A stretch of DNA of 63,359 nucleotides, the filler included, from Phoronis australis (lineage: Eukaryota > Animalia > Phoronida), in NCBI GenBank assembly GCA_002633005.1. It is 5 parts of 5 records of this genome, joined end to end, with 100 filler letters (N's around TTAATTAATTAA, not from the genome) between each part and the next. Parts side by side here need not be neighbours in the genome. Positions count along the whole stretch, not along the records: positions 45,030 to 63,359 come from NMRA01000055.1; 4 more parts are not named here. One strand, written 5' to 3'. How positions within the stretch are numbered: the stretch's first letter is position 1; each line of letters starts with the position of its first letter. A program made the translations under genes and the position numbers. Below, piece after piece: positions 53,397 to 63,359 of the stretch. Below the pieces are notes generated by a model, which worked only from the letters and a program-made list of their open reading frames with translations, was not told the origin of the DNA and made no database searches.

Positions 53397-53687
53397 AGTA
53401 GATGCAAGAGATCCACTCTAAAATTTGGTTCACTTTCTGAAACCTGGCGAACTTGCTTACATAATGTACTATACGGGCAGGCAGTAAACCTTCGGCAGCT
53501 TTGTATGCCCATCATAGCAGCTCCAAAAGTTCAATACCGACGCAATAACAGTGGATGCAAGAGATGGACTCTAAAGTTTGATTCACCTGGCGAACTTACG
53601 TAATGTATTATACTGGCAGGCAGTAAGCCTCCGGCAGCGTTGTAGGCCCACGGCAGCTCCAAAAGTCCAATACCGACGCAATAACAG
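53397..53687. repeat. Tandem duplication, units ~150 and ~140 bp
   Basis: gatgcaagagat..cctggcgaactt..ggcaggcagtaa..gcagctccaaaagt.caataccgacgcaataacag occurs twice. Confidence 0.85.
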
Positions 53688-56293
53688 ACTGACAAGAAAG
53701 TTGCCGAATACCACGTTATGCCATTTCTTTCATGACCATCATGAAGGACCTCTTCGTCAGACACCTGCTGTTCGTCAGTGTAGGATTTTTTAATTACTGC
53801 AAATGGAAATCAAAATTACCATTTACTGAATCAGATCTCGGTGAAGACGAGGACATGCGAGGAATTTTTGAAAAGGTGTCAAGGGGATAGGAGAAATGAC
53901 TGGTTATGACACGTTTTGAATCATACTTTGTGTCTACAGTGAATTGTTTACATGTGACACTAGACTAGTTGGATGTAACTATGAAACAATGTCATCTCAA
54001 GATAAAAAAATGTGTTTTGGTGAGATTGACAATGCCGACTCCCCTCAAAGTATAATGATACACAAATGGCGAAATCTTAGCAGAAAATGACGATACGAAC
54101 AAAATGTAGCCGGTTTTGAAGCTAAAATATTATACAGCATTACGAACTTCAGTACGGGATGATCCTAAATACCCTGATGGTAAACGTGAGTATGGAGTCG
54201 TTCAATAAGCTTTATATTGTGGCAGTCAAGACAGTAAAGTTGTGTTGGATCCTCGAAAAAACGGCCATATCTCAGAAATGGCTGGTCGGGTTTTATATGA
54301 AAGTTCAAGACACATTGTGTGCTGTTCTCCAATACGCCTAATTGTTTTCAAAATTTTCCACTTTTACATCAGGTCTATCAAAAATAAGAGTTTTATAAGT
54401 TTTACCATTTCATCACCCAAGCAATCGAATTCTACTCACACAAGCTAGATAACTGTATAGTTTCTTCAAGGCTGTCCTCGTCTGGCATGATGGAAGCTCA
54501 ATACGGAGAATGACGGTACTTTAACGAGCGTGTGGTGATGGTCGACGCGAAGCAATAGACTGTGGTCAAAACTGGCAAGCTATATATAGCTAGTTTAGTA
54601 CACGGTGCAAAAATGGAACTAAGAGGACTTAAAATCTGTTGCAACTTGCAGGCGGTGAGTCGCAATTTGACGGTTCCACCAGGACATCGCCAGATGTTAA
54701 AGCGCCATCGCACAATACGAACTATTTCAAGAAAATGAGGTAAACGAATAAGCCTACTAGGGTCTTCAAAATTTCAGACGAATTCCTTCACGAGAGGGCA
54801 GTTGGGGGGGGGGGACAGGCAAGGATTAACACAGCTTCAAGGTAACGGCCAGATGAACTTTAGTGTAACTGTAGAGATCGACAACTAAATAGACGTTCAG
54901 CTACAAAGTTTGCACCGAGGCGAGACGTATGAATTAAAGATACTGTGAAACTCGTCACACTAGCATAATTTTGTATCAGGTTACGATTTTTTGTTGGGCT
55001 TACCCATTTTTTCGCGGAGGGCAGTACTCTGTTTTCGTTTGCGCTTTCAAAAATGTCTCCTCCATACGACTCCGTTTTTGTTCAAAAAATAAATATTTTC
55101 AGCCCACAATGCTTATATTATGAACCTCTAGTATCGCGATGTCAATTCTCGTATATTTGCATTTTCATCTGTTTAAAATAATCGAACGGTGAATACAGCG
55201 TGTTCAAGAAGCTACGCTTCTACCTGTCAACCAAAAACTGGTATTAAACAGAATCTCTTGAGAGCATTTTCAAAAGGTGCTATTTTGGTTGTCGATTTTA
55301 TTGGAAACGTGAGGACAGTTCTAAGCCATGTCCTGAATAAAGGTTCACCATTTCAAAAGTCTAAAATGGTCAGTTATGGGAAACAAAGAGGTTCAAACGC
55401 ATAAGGATTACACATGGGTCGATGTCAAATTGAATGCAAACCGATGCTGGAGCTTCCCTGTACGTAGACCACCACTAAGAACTCGTTTTCCCGTTGCTCC
55501 CATCTTGTTCGATTCTATAGCCCAACAACATGTTGGGAAGTTTACCCCTGTAGCCAATATCTTACCCGACTAATTAACTCCATTCTAGCATTTATGGATG
55601 AAGGGCCAGCTGTCTTTTGTTCGATCATTGCTCTAATCTCGAGTAAGATCATATTCTAGCCTGACTGGGCTGTGCTGCTGAAAATAAAAGTTAAGTTAAA
55701 ACATATTTGAACATAAAACAATACCATTTCTGAAATGGTGACTACGCTTAGTTTTTGAATTGCCAAAATCGCCCAACTACAGCCGAAGTTACGACAATCT
55801 ATTCATTCCGAATGTAACAACTCGCTCTGGCCTTGGCTGTGTTCACTTGTGGTCTGTAATAAGCCTGGTAGATAATTGGCCTGCCTGTTGTCATACCAGA
55901 CAAAAGACCGTGCTTGGAATTTAACAAAGAAGGTAGATGTTATCACACGCTTACAACCCTCTACTACTGGTAAAGTCACTGCACGGAAAAACGCCTTCAT
56001 GCACTACGGGGCTCATGTTATTCGATCACTTCGTAACGTCAACTGTTTCGTGAATTGCAACAGCACCCTCTGTCCTGTCTGTTCAACCCAATGAGATATA
56101 TTTATCTCATTGGTAGAACTGACATGCTCGTTCGACAAACCTGTATGCTTGGCGCAACTAACTTGTTTGTTTGCTGAATAACTTGTATATTTGTCAAAAC
56201 TAAACCAAAATTAATGACCTGTCTGGCTGCAAATTAACTTCTTCTTTGTTTGTTCGACAGTTACCTGTTGTTTGATATGCAGGACTATATTTC

Positions 56294-57241
56294 CATAACC
56301 GGATTTAGGGGGATCCCAGGGGGCCCGCTCCCCCCCCCCCCCGGCTGAAAACAGTAAGAGCGCAGGGAAATGTTGAGTTTATTAATTAACCCCGGTAATT
56401 AAAATTATACGGATGANNNNNNNNNNNNNNNNNNNNNNNNNNNNNNNNNNNNNNNNGGGGGGGGGGGCTCAGGCCCGATTTCAAGTGACCGATTCAGACA
56501 ACCGGCGCAGGTCGATATGTGCGTGATATCCCAGTCGAACAGCAGTGGCGCTGCGCACTACCACTCCGTTTCTGTCGTCTTCTCTACCGTGCAATAAAGA
56601 AAATTACTTTATTTAAAAAAAAAAAACGGAATCTGAGTGACGATGAAGAAACAGAAAATGCTGGTAAGATGTAAATTTTTATCGAAGCCTTAGTGAATCT
56701 CTCAGAAACTCATAATTCTTTTTTGCCAAACATTAAAATTAAGACGATTTCCAAACCAATCGCCTGGTTAATGCCGACACGAAAAACGTATTTGGTCTTT
56801 TGGACAACTGAAGACTATTTTAAACACAACAATTTTTTGTCCGAAGTGATTGCACAAAATGTAAAGCGTGTAATAAACATTACGGAAGGAAGCAGGTTAG
56901 CGCAAACGCTGTGGATCATGAATAAGCATGTCTCGGCATAGTACGACATTGTAAGTGGCCGGAACGTGGTGGCGCAATGGTAGCGTACGCGCGGTTTTGC
57001 AGACAGCTCATGAGTTCAAGACCCTAGCATTTACCAATTTTCAGTTTTACACGTTCTCGGTGTTTTACTCTTTGATAATACTCCAGAAATCAAGGGAAAT
57101 GAGTGGTTTTAGATGCAAAAACAAAATTTTCCTCTCCCGACCTCCCCCTGTTCGGCGCTATGCGCCTCTGCAATCGAGCTTTGGGCGATTGTCTACGAGA
57201 CAAAATGTTGCCCCCCTTATGATATCCTAGATCCGCCACTG
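56294..57241 (-). mobile_element. MITE family C copy
   Basis: Reverse complement of 29784-30781; flanks atttc/attta (5-bp TSD, 4/5 match). Confidence 0.8.
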
Positions 57242-58010
57242 ATTTATTGTTGTAATCTAATTGGCTAGTACACATATGTACGGGAGACAACTACTACTAA
57301 ATATGTCACATCTCCCTCTCCCAACGAAATATGAATTGAACACCTTTGCCTATCTAGAGTCACTAAACACGGAACGAAAACCTTTACACATCCAGAGTAA
57401 CTGTAATATGTCAAGTAATGTCAGCGTATATGGAACTTTATCAACACTACAGTTGCGGTTGGTGGTTCAGTGGTTGATTTATTACCAAGTTGTGTCGGCT
57501 CGGTTGATTGTTCGATGGCACAGGTTTCTGGTAAGAGAGAGCAGAAGGATTTAGCTGCACAGACATGTGTTCGCCGGAAACATGCGTCTCGGACAGTATA
57601 CTATAACGACAACAGTGATACAATATCTCTTGCACTACCTAGTCAAGTTGGCATTCACCTGTGTGACATCTGAAACTAACGGTGTTACCACGATCAAGTT
57701 CGGGTAGTGCCTTGCAGGCATGTCGGCCGTAATAATGCTTTCGTTTACTTTGTCTCGCTTTAAGCTTTTTGCGCGCTGATTTATCGATGTTCTGTTCCAG
57801 CCGGCTTTGCTTCGCGGATTACGTGCAGCGCGGTCTACTGCTCAAGAGCAGCTGCGTGAGACTTTGTCCGGCGCCGTCTGATCATCACACGCATTGTCAT
57901 ATTTCTTCAACAGATCTTTGACATGACGCACGGCTTTCTCCACTTGACCATTGGATTGGGAGTACAGCAGGCTGATCGTAGTGTGCGCTATTTTGGTATA
58001 CTTGCTGGCT
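57242..58010 (-). pseudogene. Gypsy-type LTR retrotransposon remnant: integrase C-terminal part, polypurine tract and 3' LTR start
   Basis: Minus strand IAHTTISLLYSQSNGQVEKAVRHVKDLLKK (integrase PQSNG..E motif), SLTQLLLSSRPR, KHYYGRHACKALPELDRGNTV; then GGGAGAGGGAGA directly before TGTGAC at 57310. Confidence 0.8.
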
Positions 58011-59606
58011 TAGTACGGTAGAGTGCAGGCATTTTCAAATTTCGAATTGAAAGTGATCGTCAAATATATCGTTCATCCAGCGTTCACTGTGTTTGTGGAT
58101 TGATATACATGCACTGTGCGTTTCCATTCTTTTTAACTCAGTACCCGCCGACGGTAAGTTCACTTCAGGCAGTCCTCCGTCGTTGCTAAAAAAAAGACAC
58201 TCAACCAACGTGTTTTCTCGCTCTGAGAAAACCCCGATGAGCATGTTCACATTATTACGGGAAAGTAAGTCTAGACCTAATAAAAACTTTGGTCAATGAA
58301 GAAAGTCGTTTCTTGTCAATCAGTGTCAATGGTGCACAACCCTGCAAACTTCATACTAGCAACAAACTTGATGGAAAACATTTTCAAGGTTACATGTCTT
58401 TATTCCGAAGTTTCACTAATCTGAAGATTCGCTGCATTCAAAAGTTCACTGATTCAAATGTCCACAATTCCGAAACAAAAAACTCCGACCATTCATTTTT
58501 CTGATTGTCTGCTAATCATGGAGGAAGAACTGACACGAACAAAGTATTTCATTTGTGTCCATTAAGTAACCATTTAAAGGGTGTGCAAAAGTTGAATAGT
58601 TCTTAAAACTTTGATTACATTGTTTACAGATGAGCTCAGTTCCAATCCACTGCCAATCGTGATTCTTGAATCTAACTAACAACTCATTCTCAAGCAGGGA
58701 CAGCGCTGATCAGGTCAGGGATGCGGCAACCAACGATGGTTTTAAATTTGTGACGACTGGCAGAAACTGAGTAGCCTAATAACTACATTTAGTTTCGACC
58801 CGACCGTCGCGTGGTTCCTCAGTGAGTGAGGTTGAGGCGCAGCGGCCCTAAACTTTTCAGTCACGCTGTGAACTGATGCGATCTTGCCATAGATTTGATG
58901 AATGTATCGTGGTTGACAATTCATTAGTAATCCTAATTCATATTCTTTTAAAATTGTAAGTACGTACTCATTTTTCCTTTTTCGTCAAACATGCGGGCGG
59001 CTTCGCATGCGCATTAAATCCGGGCGTTGTTTTGAGTAGAGGAACACCATTCATTGCATCTATTAACCAAAGTATCATTTATTATTGCCTGTAAAAGTAT
59101 TACAATTACTTCATTCTCTCGTGTATTTTTGATCCTTTCACTCCTAGTGAAAAGTAAGGTAGGCTAAGAAAAAATGGACAAAAACGCAAAATCGGCACCC
59201 AAAGCCATCATTTCCCTGCCGATGCTCGAGTTAAGCCAACATTACATTCTGAAAGCAAATTTCCTACTGATTTGAAAAATGTGGTCCAGTCTGTCACCCA
59301 GCTAGTTTTTTTTGCAAGTCTGACTTGTTTGAGGACTACCTGAAATCGCAGCCAATTTCTCAGTCGCTACCAGCAATCCACAATTGCAACAGGAGGCCGC
59401 CATCTTGGAGAAGAGTGCAGCTACAGCCGAGCACGTGGTTCTTTTTCGTTCTCAACGTGTTCACAAATATAAGCAAATCCCATTCGCTTAGCCTACGCGC
59501 AATACCTACATAAAATGCCTCCAAGCCTGGCCTATCCCTAGATTTAATATTTTGGGACTGCAAGTTGGCCGCGACCACAGCCGCTTCCAAAACATGCTAC
59601 ATATAC

Positions 59607-60391
59607 ACCGGTGACCTAAAGTCGTGAATATAAGCATAATAAGTGCCGATTGTCATACTACCCAATGTCCGTTACCAACTGCTCATGTGATGTCATGGAC
59701 ATATGTCAGCCTTCACAAATATACGCGTTTTGACAATCTTAATCCTTGTTTGTCTCCGTAAGCAGAGTTTTGAAACGGTCGCTGATATCGGCGGCCATTT
59801 TGAATGAGACCCTAAAGTCGTGACCGTTTCGGTTAGACGGAAATACACGAAGTAAGACCTCACAAGTCAACTACAGAGCGTACAGTTACTCTAGATGACA
59901 CAAAAATGCATTGCATTGTTTATTAATTCAGTTTCAATTGAAATAAATTGTTATAAGTTTTGCACCCAACTTTGATGTGCAGACGTTTTCAATGAGGTTG
60001 TTCACGTAAAACGCTAAGAACCCAGCATCAATTGTCGCTCTGTATTTTATTGTTTTGGCCTTACAAAACTTGATCAACCCTGGGACATTTTGATACATTG
60101 TTCAAGCTACCCCTGGAGCGCGTGTTTGAGTAAATCTGAACGATAAATATTTTCGAAAATATATCCCAAAAATGCCCAAAAAAGTGTATTAGTGAAATAT
60201 GCTGTTTTTAAGATACATTTGAAAAAAGAAGCCACTCACTCACTGTTTGTTATCATATTGTGAATACGAACACGTCCTGGTATTCGTTTGACGTTCGTAA
60301 GCAGACGAACGCTGGAAACTTCAACGCCAGATGTCGCAGGACCGCGCAGAAGAGGAAATAAGATCTTTCACGACTTTAGGGCCTCTGACGG
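59607..60391. mobile_element. TIR element, possibly Tc1/pogo-like non-autonomous
   Basis: cctaaagtcgtgaa (59615-59628) is inverted relative to ttcacgactttagg (60367-60380); an internal direct copy lies at ~59810; TA-rich flanks. Confidence 0.6.
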
Positions 60392-61487
60392 TATATCAGA
60401 AATTATCGAGGAGCTTACTCTAATAGTCGTTCTCGTTGATACATGGTGATTCAAAAGTGCCGTAAACTGTGTTGTCCAGCAGTGAAACACGGAAACACTA
60501 CTTTTCATCTTTTACATAAGAAGCAGCTGCTATTATTGTAGTAACTTGGCTGTGAAACCGCCTCGTCCATGAGTCGGCTAAGCTAGCACTGCGAAATAAC
60601 GTGCCATGGAAGTCCACGTCATGTCGTGAGTGAGATTAATTCTGTAGTCCGGCAAACAATTTACGAAAAAAGGAGTACGTAGAAAAGATTTTTTAATCAG
60701 CAAAAATATTTGCTTGACATTGATTTCGATGCATGTTGTTACAACATAATATTATTTTTTGGTCTAAAATACAGGATCCGGTTTTATGTGGAGATGAACT
60801 GACGTGATCGAAGTGATAATGCGCTGAACTGGTAGCCTCGTTCCAGCCACAATTGCGCAACCGGCTTCGTGCATGTCGAAAATACAGCCAGGTTCCTGAC
60901 TTTATGAACTTCCTTGTATGAAAAGCTACAGTTGATCTTAGTGGTGAAATTATTATTATTTTGTCGTTATTCATGAGGGTTTTCAGCACCGAAACCGCAG
61001 ACCACAGGTGACAGCCAAGGGTTGCCGGATAGCAGGGTGCGGCTGTCAGCACAGACACTGCTACAAGCGGTATGATCTGGGATGCCTGGAAGGAGTGGAC
61101 GACTGTCGGCACAGGCACCACACTACAGCAATGGAATAGTTCTTTGGGACAGACACAGCAGATCGTTGGTCAGCGATGGCGGTGCTTTCAGACGAGTTAC
61201 TAGCAGAGACTAGATGGCACGAAATTATTCCGCCTCATGATTTGTTGTAAAATGACATCGATTATCGAGGGCCGGCCGTTCCAACATTGATATAGATTGG
61301 TCACTTCAATACAATAATTATATTATACCCACCAGCTTCAAATTGATGTCCGTCACGTGACTGCAGTACCTGTAAGTTGGTATATATATTCATTTTCCAC
61401 TTAATAAATTTAATACGGTTAAGAACTCGACTTTAGCCCATGCGCGTTAAATCAGTCGAGTGCAATGCGGCCATGTGATATTGTTTA

Positions 61488-62219
61488 TGATCGACATATG
61501 TCTCGAATAATAGATAAATGGTGCGTGCGTCGCAAGCTCGTTACCAGAGATGAAAAAGAGACCGTGGTGGGCGATATAAGGTCATTTATTATGACTAATA
61601 CAATTATCAGTAAATATAATGAATACAGATAAGAAACATAAAAATGATAATCTCTGGTTAAATGGGCAATTAAAAAGCGCCGGCCACGTGCAGAAGTACG
61701 AGAGAATGACGAAAAGGGGAAGTAGAGGGTGGGAAAAATTAATAAGTTTTGGAACGTAAGATAATGTGGCTGGAGCAAAGGTGAACTGAAAACGAGGTTA
61801 CAATAACAAAGAAATACGCCTAAGGACACATGACAATCATCAACCTATGAGAGCCAAGAGCTGACCAAACTCTAGGCACGTGATAACAACAGACCAATAC
61901 GAACGCTGGGAAAACGACGTGTAGTCCTACACAAAGGAATAATGGAATAGACTGAAATGAGGGGGGAAAGGACTAAGAGGTATCCATATGCCCACATAAA
62001 TATATTTAACGAGTGAAATACCATTGATGATCGACATACGTCCCGAATAATAGATAAATGATACGTGCGTCGCAAGCTCGTTACCAGAGATGAAAAGGAG
62101 GCCGTGGTAGGCGATATAAGGTCATTTATTATTACTAATACAATTACAAGTAAATATAATGAATACAGATAAGAAACATAAAAATGATAATCTCTGGTAA
62201 GATGGGCAATAAAAAAGCG
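61488..62219. repeat. Two ~190-bp direct repeats around a ~350-bp spacer
   Basis: tgatcgacata...atgggcaat.aaaaagcg at 61488-61679 and ~62029-62219. Confidence 0.85.
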
Positions 62220-62802
62220 TCACATGAGATGTTGTAAGACAGGTCTTGCCCTCGTGACCACTGATGAAAATTTCCACTGTCCAAGAAGTTCTGTTATTTG
62301 TGGTGTCATAACTGCGGCACTGATAGCGCACAGAGAAAAAATATGTACACACGTGGGGGGTGGAAGAAGTGTCGAAACTAAAACATTTTCACAAGAATGT
62401 GGGAAGAGCTGTCAACATGTCTTTTCTGCATATTCTTAAGGAGGCCTGGGACGCGAAGAAAAATAGACTACACTGCATTATCAAAGTGGTTCTCTGCCAA
62501 AACAGAATTCAACCTGTTCATCATATATTCTTACGATTTGTTTGTAAAGTAAAATTTTTGAATTTCTGTTGATGTCAAAGCATTTTTTACTTAGTCTAAA
62601 AATTCCAAACCGCGACATGTCAACTGCTTGTCACTTCTTCGATCCCCCAACAACCCAAAGCACATTAGGTCTTATTTGGTATGGCAAGACATAAAACGTA
62701 GCACATTCCCCTTATGTGGACCTTAACGATGTAAACAAAAACAATGGCGATTTCAAGAAGTAGCCAGTCCAATTACGAGGCAATGGATGTAAGTCCTAAA
62801 CC

Positions 62803-63040
62803 TTAACAAATAATATATGTGTAGTTCGGTAGCAGCCCTTCGTTTACACAAACTTCGTTGAAAACACGATTAGAATTTTTGTTTGAAAGCTTGATACTGG
62901 TTCGTTCGTAGTGTCGGAACAATCTCCTTTCTTCAGGTGTGCAGCTATGTAGTAAAACATCGAGAGATATAGGGAACAAACAAACTAAAACACTAATTAT
63001 ATTTCGACACTGCATGTCTCATCATCAGGCAATAAGTGGA
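62803..63040 (-). mobile_element. Penelope-like element terminal-repeat fragment: decayed hammerhead motif followed by the PLE ORF N-terminus
   Basis: LDVLLHSCTPEERRLFRHYERTSIKL..VFNEVCVNEGLLPNYT parallels the PLE start at 11325; CUGAUGA..GAAA core at ~62999-63028. Confidence 0.7.
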
Positions 63041-63359
63041 ATGAAGATATACATAGCGAAATAAACATTGAAATACACGTAACAGCGGGAAGTGGGGGCA
63101 AACAAGCGAAGAGTGTAAATGCAACACACAGTAGAAAGCCCGCAACCCTATCGAAACAGAGCCAGCATGCGATAGACACCTGTGAGCTGCACATTCAACG
63201 CAGGTTTTTCGTGACAGTGATTAATAGCGACTCCAAAATGTTTAGCCGAAATGTATCATTTTCAACATTGCGAATGATGGTATTGTCTACTATTTCTTGC
63301 TTAGTTATTTTTCGGCCATATTGGTGTACAAAATGGTCTTGAATGGACCCCCCCCCCCC

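Overview
AT-rich, repeat-dense eukaryotic draft-assembly sequence, most likely an invertebrate animal (inferred from a GT-AG intron, a neuropeptide precursor and animal-type transposons). It has several N gaps; four are artificial 100-nt spacers (N44-TTAATTAATTAA-N44). Most ORF-track entries are spurious. Two host genes are supported. (1) A two-exon secreted neuropeptide precursor that the ORF track captures only partly: exon 1 21704-21746 and exon 2 24250-24560 give 117 aa, with a CRE-like site and TATA box upstream. It is predicted to release two different amidated peptides, ...LPIKGLRL-amide and MIAKHPRF-amide. This is the most interesting feature. (2) The 3' part of a DUF229 (alkaline phosphatase/sulfatase-like) gene at 34199-35359, whose 5' part is lost in a gap. 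The rest is layered transposon debris: a DIRS/Ngaro RT-RNase H remnant, Penelope-like elements with minimal hammerhead ribozyme motifs, a solo LTR, a Gypsy integrase remnant, THAP fragments, many MITEs with readable TIRs and target-site duplications (TSDs), and a ~1.77-kb tandem array. All calls were made by eye; no database search was run.
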